A stretch of 64,000 nucleotides of DNA. It comes from Promethearchaeati archaeon SRVP18_Atabeyarchaeia-1. GTDB lineage: Archaea > Asgardarchaeota > Atabeyarchaeia > Atabeyarchaeales > Atabeyarchaeaceae. Positions 10,518 through 19,028 of the stretch are shown here, piece after piece. Both the position numbers and the translations under genes were made by a program. The stretch's first letter is position 1. Each line of letters starts with the position of its first letter. Below the pieces are notes generated by a model. The model did no database searches, had not been told where the DNA came from, and worked only from the letters and a program-made list of their open reading frames with translations. Location of the stretch: the NCBI GenBank assembly GCA_037308085.1, contig CP147779.1, forward strand, positions 2,400,001-2,464,000, read 5' to 3'.

Positions 10518-10880
10518 ATGGCCGACAATGATCCTTTTATTATTGAAAGCATATTTCCATATTTGGTGAGGACGTTGGTGTTACTTGTGGAGATTTTTGG
10601 AGACTCTGCGCAGGTGAAGGTACTGGAGTTTCTACTGCGGAATGTGGGGGGCACTATGATGATTTCTGATGTGGCCAAGGGCGCGGGGGTTGCCAACTCG
10701 ACGACGGCGCGAGTCGTGGAGCCGCTGATCAATTCAGGGATAGCCAAAGAAACAAAGATAGGAAAGCAGATCAGGATCATCAAGCTGGACAGGAATGATG
10801 AGAAGTCAAAGCTATTGCTTAGATTGGTCGAAGGCCTTGATGCCCTAGAGGATGGGAACCCAACCAGAGAGACTGACTAG
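10518..10880 (+). CDS. Winged helix-turn-helix protein
   Basis: IFGDSAQVKVLEFL...ISDVAKGAGVANSTT HTH. Start may lie further downstream. Confidence 0.75.
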   Translation: MADNDPFIIESIFPYLVRTLVLLVEIFGDSAQVKVLEFLLRNVGGTMMISDVAKGAGVANSTTARVVEPLINSGIAKETKIGKQIRIIKLDRNDEKSKLLLRLVEGLDALEDGNPTRETD

Positions 10881-10955
10881 CCGGTGCGAGCACCTATCTG
10901 CATTCGGTGTTCAGACGCGGGCCACCGGAACTGAAACGCCGACGTTACAGGAAAC

Positions 10956-11411
10956 TCAGCTTATGAGCCCCGTTGGGATTACTTCGATTTTTCCTTTTCC
11001 ACACATTGGGCATGTCTCGCCAATTAGCTCGTAGACTGAACGAATATTCTTTGACTTGCAGCTGGGGCATTCCCTCTCATCTTTGTCTTTCGGAGGCCAC
11101 CCAGATCTCCATGGATTGGCTTTGTCGTCTTTCAAGTCAGCTGCGAATTTGTAGTGGCAATCCAGACATATGCAGAAGGAATTGTACCCAGTTCTCTCCC
11201 TGATCAACTCCGGAATCGCATTTTGCCCGAGAACTTGAGAGACCGTGGATCCCTCAATCGGGTGAGGGCAGAAGACCCTTTCACCCTTGTCGTTCTCCAC
11301 ATACATGTATCCTCCCCAGCCTGTCGGAAAGGCAAAGCCGCATTTGTTACATTCGTATCTACTTATTGGTGGCGTGTTACTACCTCCTCGCATGCTTAAC
11401 GGGACGTGCAA
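10956..11411 (-). CDS. Cys-rich zinc-binding hypothetical protein
   Basis: Four CxxC motifs plus CPHP. Confidence 0.6.
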   Translation of the reverse strand: MHVPLSMRGGSNTPPISRYECNKCGFAFPTGWGGYMYVENDKGERVFCPHPIEGSTVSQVLGQNAIPELIRERTGYNSFCICLDCHYKFAADLKDDKANPWRSGWPPKDKDERECPSCKSKNIRSVYELIGETCPMCGKGKIEVIPTGLIS

Positions 11412-11497
11412 TTCGATTAACGTCTGGAGTAACTGTTGCCGTCTCTTCCTTTAGTGGGAACTCTCTGCGTTTACGGCCCGATTTCCTGAGGCACTTG

Positions 11498-12001
11498 TCA
11501 TTTCTCTCGCTGGTTCAAGAGAACTCTTCCGAAACTTCTAATTTTCTCGAGAAATGGTTTGCTAGTTTTACTATTTGGACAGTCGTCGCATTCGGGTCTC
11601 TCACCACAATTCTTCTCAACAATACTCCTTTTCAGAAGCACGTTCCGGAATGATCTGAATTGATTCGATTGACCTCCCTGAAAAGATACCGCTAGATCTC
11701 CGTAACGTTCATTGAAGAGCTCCGTGACCCTCTCGATCTTCATTTTTGCTGTTTTGAGGTCGTCCTTCTTATCGCATATGAATACGGTTACCAAGTCATC
11801 ATTGTTTCTTCTTATCAGAATAGTGTAATTCTCAAGTCCCACCTGTTCCACAGAAGAGCCGAAAACCTGTTGCGAAAAAGATGATATCGCGTCCAGAAAG
11901 CCGCTCATCAAGAGATCATCTTTCATAATTGTGTGGCACTTGCCAAAGTACTCGTTGAATAGAGGCACCCCGTGCTTCATCAACAATATGTTTCTGATCA
12001 T
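11498..12001 (-). CDS. Longin-like domain protein with C-terminal Cys cluster
   Basis: Asgard longin signature LMSGFLDAISSFSQQ and F...Y; tail CGERPECDDC. ATG at 12001. Confidence 0.7.
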   Translation of the reverse strand: MIRNILLMKHGVPLFNEYFGKCHTIMKDDLLMSGFLDAISSFSQQVFGSSVEQVGLENYTILIRRNNDDLVTVFICDKKDDLKTAKMKIERVTELFNERYGDLAVSFQGGQSNQFRSFRNVLLKRSIVEKNCGERPECDDCPNSKTSKPFLEKIRSFGRVLLNQREK

Positions 12002-12178
12002 GCTAATCACAGATCTCTCTATCTGAAACACCCAGCTTCGTGGATTCCCCAAAGACCAGTCCGAGAACCTTGCTGTCAACTGCGAATATCGCCCATTAGG
12101 ATATTTAACTTTTCACTCCATAGAGTCATAGCGTCTCGCTTGTCTTGATGTTTCTCCCAGTGCCGTCTTTGACAGGTT

Positions 12179-12865
12179 TTAAGGCTGCGAGTGACCTTCG
12201 TTACTTTTCATTTCCGTTGCCGCTTTCTGGAGATAGTTCTTTCCGTATGAGCTGTAGAGAATCGCCAGAGGGTTATGTCCCGTCACCCGATCCTTGGCCG
12301 CCAAGATTGTTATGGGTGCCTTGGAGCATTTAATGAAGTGAGTATCATGCCCTACGCAGAGTCCGAGAAGTATGTTGAGTTCCGTGCCAGCTTTCTCAAG
12401 GACAAGCGCCTGTCCCACAGGATTGCATGCGCAGTATCCTATTGCGTATCCAGTTTTGGATATCCCCTGATACTCTGTAGGTACACCGACATCGCTCTTT
12501 GAGATGGCGCCAAACTTACAGTTGACTGAGCAAACCTCAAACCCCAATCCCTCGAGGAACTGGGCGACAAGCGCCGCCTCATCCTTCAGACCGACGCAAA
12601 AAGCGAGACCCAGCTTCCCATACCCCATGAGCTTGGCAAACTCGGCGATCTCGCGCAGCCTCGGCCATTCCGCGTATCCAGCTGCCTCCACGATTCCAGC
12701 ATTTACCGCCAACCTCCTCTCATCATGCTTATCATAGGCCAGTAGTGATTCCTTAACTGAGTTGCTCTGCCCAACCATAGGGCAACCCTCTGGACCCTTC
12801 CTGCTGCCTGATACGCAAGACATGGTCCTACAATACGCGCACCTCGCCGCCAACTTCGTCACCAC
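12179..12865 (-). CDS. DUF1847 family metal-binding protein
   Basis: GLAFCVGL, CNPVGQA, GLCVGHD and KDRVTGHNPLA. Confidence 0.85.
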   Translation of the reverse strand: MVTKLAARCAYCRTMSCVSGSRKGPEGCPMVGQSNSVKESLLAYDKHDERRLAVNAGIVEAAGYAEWPRLREIAEFAKLMGYGKLGLAFCVGLKDEAALVAQFLEGLGFEVCSVNCKFGAISKSDVGVPTEYQGISKTGYAIGYCACNPVGQALVLEKAGTELNILLGLCVGHDTHFIKCSKAPITILAAKDRVTGHNPLAILYSSYGKNYLQKAATEMKSNEGHSQP

Positions 12866-12924
12866 GCTTGGATCCTTCTAGTCTGAACCTCATTTTGGAC
12901 GCTTCCATATATCCGGAGTGCTTT

Positions 12925-13248
12925 GTGACGTCCTCCAACGACTGAGGTCGTTGGCTTCCACCACTTTTTTGTTCTCGCCTCGTCGCCGAGGTCGCAGGTT
13001 CGCACGTAGCTTTCAGAAGGTGTTGCAAGGTTCACGGCTCTCGAGCCCTTCACACGTTGCGGCACGGCCGTGTTGGGCAGAGGCTTGTTCATCCCGTGTT
13101 CTGGCTGCGTCAACTTTCGGCTCGTTGATTCGAGTCCAGCCCGCCCCCTCAGGGAACTTCGCCCCTTCGGGGTGCACCCAGTCTGCTGGGCTACCAGCGT
13201 TGGTTGGTGCCCCCATTGGAGACTTACGCTCCAACACCCAGGCACCCA
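12925..13248 (-). ncRNA. Unassigned structured ncRNA, copy 1
   Basis: Consecutive hairpins, GNRA loops and an A-rich linker; colinear motifs shared with 14435-14714; TATA-like box about 23 nt upstream. Confidence 0.65.
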
Positions 13249-13270
13249 TTTAAATATGCCCGCAGATAGC

Positions 13271-13278
13271 ATATAAAC
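13271..13278 (-). promoter_or_regulatory. TATA-like box inside element 1
   Basis: GTTTATAT on the minus strand, positioned like the TTTAAGTA box of element 2. Confidence 0.55.
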
Positions 13279-13671
13279 TTACAAGACAAGGGGGTTGTCC
13301 AGCCTGAAGGCTGGCACGCAATTCAACCAACCGCTGAAGCATGTTGGGTTTCTTGCTCAACCTATTTCTAAAATACCTAGCTAGAGATTATGCCAGTATG
13401 ATCCCAAGGCATCAAGTGCGTGACGCTTCGCTATTGCTCGCCGGTTGCGATGGGCTTTTCGAACTGGGTTGGATGGTAGAAGGGCACAACTAGAGGAAGG
13501 CAATCGAGGTAGCAAATGAAGGTTTGTCGTGCTCCTCTGGTTACAGTTGTTTTGAGGGATCAGTTTTGGAAGGCAAAGGCACAGGACGTTCAACGGGACA
13601 TGGGGAGTATTTCCCAGTGCGGCAACCATTAAGTAAGGGTCGGAGCTCATAATCTGAGCCGCCCCTTGATG

Positions 13672-13700
13672 TGTTACAATGTAACATAACCCTTAAATAT
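13672..13700 (+). promoter_or_regulatory. Palindromic operator plus TATA box of the tusA-dsrEFH operon
   Basis: Perfect palindrome TGTTACA-A-TGTAACA (13672-13686) just upstream of CTTAAATA. Confidence 0.6.
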
Positions 13701-13777
13701 CAGCATTAAAGCATAACTTTGATAATAGTGATGAGTTAGCGCCTAACATGATGATTGAGAGTTATGGAGAATTATCG

Positions 13778-14035
13778 ATGGCAAGCAAAACTAGCCAAAG
13801 TTCGGCCAAGGCGGATTTGGTTATCAACGCCCTTGGTCAGAAATGTCCCATGCCGATCCTGACCCTCAAAGACAACCTAGAGAGCATCAGGGTGGGTCAG
13901 ACGGCAGAACTGATCGGGGACGACATCGGCTCCAAGACAGATGTCCCCGCCTTCTGCAAGCGGACCGGCCAGGAACTTCTTAAGACTTGGGAAGACAACG
14001 GGACCCTCCATTTCCTGATCAAGAAATTGAAGTGA
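13778..14035 (+). CDS. tusA: Sulfurtransferase TusA family
   Basis: GQKCPMP motif and DD.GS..DVPAFC. Confidence 0.9.
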   Translation: MASKTSQSSAKADLVINALGQKCPMPILTLKDNLESIRVGQTAELIGDDIGSKTDVPAFCKRTGQELLKTWEDNGTLHFLIKKLK

Positions 14036-14056
14036 ACTACTCATGGCAAGTGGGCG

Positions 14057-14428
14057 GTGAACATAGCATTGGTGTCCTTTGCTTTCCTGGTCTGCACAGG
14101 TCCGTACACCTTCCAGAACTCAGATACGCTATACGCGATGATCGACGCCCTGAAGAAGCTCGGGCATAGAGTCTCGGGAGTCTTCTTCTATATCGACGGC
14201 GTCATAAACGTCTCCAAGAAAATCAAGGTAGAAAAAGGAGTCAGGGATCTGCCTGCGAAGCTTCAGCTCCTAGTCGAGAGCGGCATTCCAATTGTAGCAT
14301 GTAGCGCATGCTCGGACTACCGAGGTATAGACAATGACAATATTGCCAACGGAGCCCAACTCGGAGGACTCATGACCCTATCAGACTACATAGAGGAGTC
14401 CGACAAGATTGTGGTGTTTAGTCTATGA
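14057..14428 (+). CDS. dsrE: DsrE/TusD family sulfur relay protein
   Basis: GPY, VFFYIDGV and CSACSDYRGI with the conserved Cys. Confidence 0.8.
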   Translation: MNIALVSFAFLVCTGPYTFQNSDTLYAMIDALKKLGHRVSGVFFYIDGVINVSKKIKVEKGVRDLPAKLQLLVESGIPIVACSACSDYRGIDNDNIANGAQLGGLMTLSDYIEESDKIVVFSL

Positions 14429-14434
14429 GATCAG

Positions 14435-14714
14435 GTAACCTCTTCCCATGGCTGAAGCTTGTGGGCTTGTTTCCGTTTCGTTTGTTGGTCGCCGCCCGTC
14501 GCCGGGTCGGTGTTTCGGAAGCCACGCCGGTGGGGGGAAGTGGCGACTCCCGGGCTTTCGCGCGCCGCGCTTTTCCAGCCCGCTCACCTCGCCAGACGGG
14601 GTGGGTTACGCTTCGCGTCTCCGTGCTCGGAGACCACCCTCTGCGCCGGGAAACAGAGACTCAGGCTTTGCATTGGGGGCGCCACCCCGCGCGGTCTCGC
14701 CCCGGCGCCAATGC
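14435..14714 (-). ncRNA. Unassigned structured ncRNA, copy 2
   Basis: GC-rich and multi-hairpin; shares ordered motifs with copy 1; TTTAAGTA box upstream (about 14731-14738). Confidence 0.65.
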
Positions 14715-14803
14715 TAGGTACGCGGGAGACTACTTAAACCCGCCATTTGGCGACGGCAGTTCCTCCCACGCCTAAAAGGCGTGGGCTTCCCTGAGACAGA
14801 ATG
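14435..14803 (-). mobile_element. Non-autonomous IS200/IS605-family element inserted between dsrE and dsrF
   Basis: Left end: target TCAC, GAAG guide, hairpin cccacgccttttaggcgtggg. Right end: hairpin followed by GTTAC. Removing the element restores a short spacer TGA-gatcAGGTGAatccgt-ATG. Confidence 0.85.
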
Positions 14804-14813
14804 GTGAATCCGT

Positions 14814-15179
14814 ATGGCAGGGCACAAGGTGGTCATCGTTTTCAATAAGGCTCCTTATGAGCGAATCTCAGTCGTTGAGGGGTCTAGGGCGATTGGCGGA
14901 GTAGTGACAATGGGGACTGAAGGGATTGCGGTCTTTGTCGACGATGGTGTGTGCGCATTGCTGAAGAACCAAGATCCTGCTGGTTCTGGTCTTGAGTCAA
15001 TCCTAAGCTGGTTGAAGCTTCTTGAGAAGAGCAGAGTTCCGATGAAAGTTGTGCGTGAGTCTTTGTCTGAGAGAGGTGTCGACGAGTCCGATTTGCTGGA
15101 ACTGGGTGGCCTTGAGGTGATTTCGAGGGATGAGCTTGGGAAGCTAGTGCTTGGCTATAATTCAGTCTTCGTGATCTGA
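14814..15179 (+). CDS. dsrF: DsrF/TusC family protein
   Basis: KAPY, FVDDGV..LLKNQ.P and ESL.ERGV. Confidence 0.75.
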   Translation: MAGHKVVIVFNKAPYERISVVEGSRAIGGVVTMGTEGIAVFVDDGVCALLKNQDPAGSGLESILSWLKLLEKSRVPMKVVRESLSERGVDESDLLELGGLEVISRDELGKLVLGYNSVFVI

Positions 15180-15181
15180 AT

Positions 15182-15532
15182 TTGGTGGATTTGGAGGGAG
15201 AGAACGTGATCGTATATCTCTTGGGCAAGAGTCCTTTTGAGTTCAGGTCGATTGAGACCTACCTCGACATGGGAGAACGACAGAGTGAGGCGGGAGTAGA
15301 CGTCAGGATTGTCCTACTGCATGGAGCCGTGCTTGCGGCAAGGAAGAACAACCGGTTCGAAGATCGGCTTAGAAGACTTGCTGATGCTGGCGTGAGAATA
15401 TACCTTCGCAAGGAGGACCTGGAAGCTAGGGCCATTAACAATGAGTCATTGAGCAGCATAGGTTCGCCAGTTGACACGGTGGAGATCATGAAATTGGCGG
15501 CCGAGTCCAACACACTTGTCTCAGTCATTTGA
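15182..15532 (+). CDS. dsrH: DsrH/TusB family protein
   Basis: KSPF, LLHGAV and EDLEARAI; position in the operon. Confidence 0.7.
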   Translation: MVDLEGENVIVYLLGKSPFEFRSIETYLDMGERQSEAGVDVRIVLLHGAVLAARKNNRFEDRLRRLADAGVRIYLRKEDLEARAINNESLSSIGSPVDTVEIMKLAAESNTLVSVI

Positions 15533-15673
15533 TAGCTGAAACGAGAATCGATCAGGGAGAAAAGCGCGTGACAGTTAAGGCGAATGATCTAGATGCTGTT
15601 AACGATTGAAGAGGACATGCGAGAGTTTCCCGTTACTATCGTAGCCAATGGATATAGTGAGGAGGCTGACAAG

Positions 15674-16144
15674 ATGACAGAGACAGGTCGTGAGCTGGAT
15701 GAAAAGGACATCCTGATCCTGAAACTCCTGCAAGAAGACGGTAGAACGCCCTACAGGAAGATCGCCGAGAGACTTGGAACGACAGTGATGACAATTACCC
15801 GCCGAGTCAGCCAGATGAGAAAGGCAGGCGTCATAAGGAAATTCACCGTGATACTTGACCCCGAATCGCTTGGCAAGCGGTACAGCATATGCCTTTTCGT
15901 AAGGGTAGATGATCCGTCGGCCATTAATGCTGTCTCATCCGCTCTATCTAGTAACAAGGATCTCTGCTATGTTCACCATGTCACTGGCGAATTCGAGATT
16001 GCGGCAATGGCAAGATGCCGAGACAAAGAAGAGGCGTCAAGACTAATAGAGCGAGTCGGAACGATAAAGGGCGTCGTGAAAGTTGTCCCCCATAGTGTGC
16101 TAAAAACGATCAAGGAGGACCTTGACATCGAACTCGCCCAGTAA
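15674..16144 (+). CDS. Lrp/AsnC family transcriptional regulator
   Basis: LDEKD..IL.LLQEDGR.PY..IA HTH and VTGEFE; GAGGAGG RBS before ATG 15674. Confidence 0.9.
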   Translation: MTETGRELDEKDILILKLLQEDGRTPYRKIAERLGTTVMTITRRVSQMRKAGVIRKFTVILDPESLGKRYSICLFVRVDDPSAINAVSSALSSNKDLCYVHHVTGEFEIAAMARCRDKEEASRLIERVGTIKGVVKVVPHSVLKTIKEDLDIELAQ

Positions 16145-16190
16145 CCCAGATCGGATGCTTGAACGCCAAGAACCACGCCTGCAAATGCAA

Positions 16191-16242
16191 GGCAGAGAGC
16201 CCTTGCCCTAAATGGCGTGAGTTGAATGGCGGGTTTAAGTAG
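16191..16242 (+). mobile_element. Degenerate IS200/IS605 left-end plus promoter remnant
   Basis: Aligns with the TnpB-IS left end. 16225-16242 is an exact 18-nt reverse-complement match to element 2's promoter (14730-14747). Confidence 0.55.
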
Positions 16243-16380
16243 AGGAACAAACACCCTTTTGTGCAGTAGACACGGACCGTGTTGAATCTATGCCCATGGA
16301 GGCCGAAGGCGCCACCTTTCCTCGACGCATCTTCTGCCACATCTTCTAAACTTCACTAATCGCCTTGAGGTTAGCTGCTC

Positions 16381-16830
16381 TTGTCAGTCGGCTTATTATC
16401 GATTATCGCTGTCTTCGCGCTATCTGCATCCCCGATAGGCGAGATACTAATTGCTATTGCATTCGGCGTAGTGGTACTGGGAATGGATCCAGCGTTGGCT
16501 TTCCTGGCCGCTTACCCCGGAAACCTGATTCCAATAATAGTCATCCTTCCGCTTCTTGGGTATCTTGGCAAGAGGTTTCCAAGGTTCTTCAACTATATGA
16601 CTAGAAGAAGCGGCAGATTCGGGAAGCGACTCGGAGGCAAGTATGGTTGGGCATTCCTATTTCTGATCGTACTCTTCGCGGGAGCGTATGGCGCTTCAAC
16701 TGTTTCGGGACTCCTGGGGGTTGACAAGAAGCGTTCCTTTCTCGTCCAATCCGTGGCGCTGGCGTTCTACGGTGCCGTCGAGGTTATCGCGCTCTACTTT
16801 GGAATTGGGGTTATCTCAAGTCTGCCGTAG
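16381..16830 (+). CDS. Small membrane protein (COG2426 / small multidrug export-like)
   Basis: SPIGE...AI, GNLIP and GAYGA motifs; 4 TM segments. Confidence 0.65.
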   Translation: MSVGLLSIIAVFALSASPIGEILIAIAFGVVVLGMDPALAFLAAYPGNLIPIIVILPLLGYLGKRFPRFFNYMTRRSGRFGKRLGGKYGWAFLFLIVLFAGAYGASTVSGLLGVDKKRSFLVQSVALAFYGAVEVIALYFGIGVISSLP

Positions 16831-16907
16831 GCGGCGATCAGAGTGACTGCCAAGAAAAAGGGAGTTGAACTGGTCTTTCCGCCCAGTTCATGAACGCCTT
16901 GAAGTCC

Positions 16908-17717
16908 TCACTTGCTTTTTGACTTGGCGCTTTTGTTACCGGATCTCCAGTATCTGAACCAAACCACGACTATTACGATTAGAATCGCCGCGATGCCTAT
17001 TGCCGCTGTCGCTGCCACGTCTACGTAGTCGGACATGCGCTTGATTAAGATGCCGAGCAATGCCCAGATGAACACCAGACTGTACGCGATGTCTTTGCGG
17101 GTAAATAGTACTACGAGGCACAGTATTACTGCTATGGCGATGATGATTATTGCCCAAAGGTCCTGGGCAATGCCAAACGCGCTCACCGCAGGGTTCCTCA
17201 AAGACAGATCAAGGTACACTAGCAGCGTTGTCACGTTTCCAATGGTGGCTACCGTGATCCAGCCGAGGTATACGCTGAAGGGGACCCTCATGATCAAGTT
17301 TTCCTTTGTGAATCCAGTGTAGGCTCCCAGACGCACGTAGATGAATAGCAGGCACAATAATAATGCGATCATGACGATGAGTGTCAAAGGAATCTGGAAG
17401 TACTGCCAGAGGAATAGCCACACCACGTTGGCAATGCAAGACAGTAGGAACCAGTAGCTGATCTTTGCTGTGAGCTCTGGCTTGTAACCCCTCGCTTGGT
17501 ATATGGTGAAGACGCCTAGTAGAACATATATGACGCCCCAGATTGAGAATGTTAGGCCTGCAGGCGCGAACAGGTTTGCATAGTAATCAGAAACCTGGGC
17601 CGTTGTTACTCCACCGTACATCACAATGTTTGCCAGCAGATTCAGGACTACAAACGCAACGTATCCAATAACGTTCAGATACCCTAGAGTGTGACTCCGC
17701 TCTCCACTTCGACTCAT
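16908..17717 (-). CDS. Tryptophan-rich sensory (TspO-like) membrane protein
   Basis: FAPAGLTFSIWGVIY, PFSVYLGWITVA and WALLGI. Confidence 0.75.
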   Translation of the reverse strand: MSRSGERSHTLGYLNVIGYVAFVVLNLLANIVMYGGVTTAQVSDYYANLFAPAGLTFSIWGVIYVLLGVFTIYQARGYKPELTAKISYWFLLSCIANVVWLFLWQYFQIPLTLIVMIALLLCLLFIYVRLGAYTGFTKENLIMRVPFSVYLGWITVATIGNVTTLLVYLDLSLRNPAVSAFGIAQDLWAIIIIAIAVILCLVVLFTRKDIAYSLVFIWALLGILIKRMSDYVDVAATAAIGIAAILIVIVVVWFRYWRSGNKSAKSKSK

Positions 17718-17955
17718 AACGCCTAGACACCTTCTCCCTCTCTGATTCGAGATTGGTACGACAGTCAGCGGAAATAGAGCTATAAACCTTTCGTGGTTGG
17801 CCAACTGTTATCTTGGTCGCTATGGCGCTAAAATAGAAAATTGTTGCCATGATCATGAAGGAGTAAGGCAAGTTCTAGGCACAACGGCTTTAGTGCATCC
17901 ATTGATTATCTGTAGCCAGACTCCCGTACAGCCGTGTCTAATCATCCCGTTCGCT

Positions 17956-18465
17956 CTATCTGAGAGCGGCGAGGATGATTGCCCTGATTATCAGTGATCC
18001 GCCGAGAAGCATTACTATCGCTGCCCAGAACAGGAACCACGTGGTCAATGTTGCAGTCGCAGTGAGGAGTACACCGACTAGGTACCATGCTCCGAACCAC
18101 CAGACCATGCTAGAGAATTCCTCTGCGGTCTTCCAAGGAGGTGAACGGGCGATGACCCTCACCACCAACATGAGTATCGCAAAGAAGCCCCAGCCCAGGC
18201 AGAATAATCCGCCCGCTGCATAGATGTTTGTGTACAGTCCAGGGTTGGACGGCGCAGGGAGCTTCATATCAGTATTAGGAACGATTGCGAGCGTGAAGTT
18301 CAGGAAGAAGGTCTGCAGATCGCTGGAGAGGGTCGGTAAGGTCGAAAAGATCGTGCTGGCTAGGGTGAAGAAGAAAAACAAGCCAACTACGGCGAAGATC
18401 CATTCTGGAAATCTTGGTCGAGGTGTTTGGTCGGTTTGACTCAACGTGTCCGCCTCAAACGCCAT
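17956..18465 (-). CDS. Hypothetical membrane protein
   Basis: 4 TM segments; divergent from 18561. Confidence 0.6.
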   Translation of the reverse strand: MAFEADTLSQTDQTPRPRFPEWIFAVVGLFFFFTLASTIFSTLPTLSSDLQTFFLNFTLAIVPNTDMKLPAPSNPGLYTNIYAAGGLFCLGWGFFAILMLVVRVIARSPPWKTAEEFSSMVWWFGAWYLVGVLLTATATLTTWFLFWAAIVMLLGGSLIIRAIILAALR

Positions 18466-18560
18466 ATTTGATAAATAGGGGATATAACCTTTGTCAGTCT
18501 AGCTTTCTTGGCGTAGGGCTTAAATATCTGCTGGCAGATTACCTAAAAGAGTAGGTCAGG

Positions 18561-19028
18561 GTGAATTCTATGCCTTATTGTCCGCAGTGTGGTCGCAGGG
18601 TAGACGAAACCGTTACTTTCTGCCCAAATTGTGGTGCATCAATCAAGCCTGAGCAGCCTGCAAAGGAGCAACAACCCGGTAAGCAGGTTCAAGCTCCGAA
18701 GACTAGGGCTGAAATGAGGGCTGCAAGACACCAGCGCAGGGCAGAGATGAGTGAGATTCGGCGGGAAGAGAAAGAAGATGAGAAGGCCGAGAAGAAGGAG
18801 AAAGGTGAAAAGGGAGAGAAGCATGAGAAGCGAGAACCCACAGTGGCAGGATTGCTGGCGGGCGGATTCATCATATTCTTCTTGGGCTTCGTATTCTATC
18901 TTGAGATCATGGGCTACATTCCCTCAGAAGTGGCTTGGCCGTTATGGTGGCTGGCTGTTATCGTGGTGCTCATAGGGTTGTCTTTGTATGGAAGGAGACT
19001 CGTGAGGAAAAGGCTCCCGAAGACCTAG
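18561..19028 (+). CDS. Zinc-ribbon domain membrane protein
   Basis: YCPQCG...FCPNCG, an E/K-rich linker and 2 TM segments. Confidence 0.75.
   Translation: MNSMPYCPQCGRRVDETVTFCPNCGASIKPEQPAKEQQPGKQVQAPKTRAEMRAARHQRRAEMSEIRREEKEDEKAEKKEKGEKGEKHEKREPTVAGLLAGGFIIFFLGFVFYLEIMGYIPSEVAWPLWWLAVIVVLIGLSLYGRRLVRKRLPKT

Larger units (their letters stand above)
12925..13367 (-). mobile_element. Non-autonomous IS200/IS605-family element (no tnpA/tnpB) carrying a structured RNA
   Basis: Minus strand: target TTAG, then the left end with guide AAAC plus hairpin. Right end GAAG-ccaacgacctcagtcgttgg-aggacgTCAC. Guide/cleavage tetramers follow the IS608 pairing rule at both ends. Confidence 0.85.

Noticed and set aside
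12990-13110. Resemblance of the element 1 interior to a cobalamin riboswitch, group II intron domain V, group I core or hammerhead
   Set aside because: Only short partial matches (GCCGCAACGUGUGAA, GAGAGCCGUG, CGAAA). Required core elements are missing and the matches are not shared with copy 2.
12859-13276. Several overlapping ORFs across element 1
   Set aside because: No recognisable motifs; they arise from GC-rich structured sequence inside a non-coding element.
14425-14775. Three overlapping ORFs between dsrE and dsrF
   Set aside because: Arg/Pro/Gly-rich shadow ORFs of the GC-rich inserted element.
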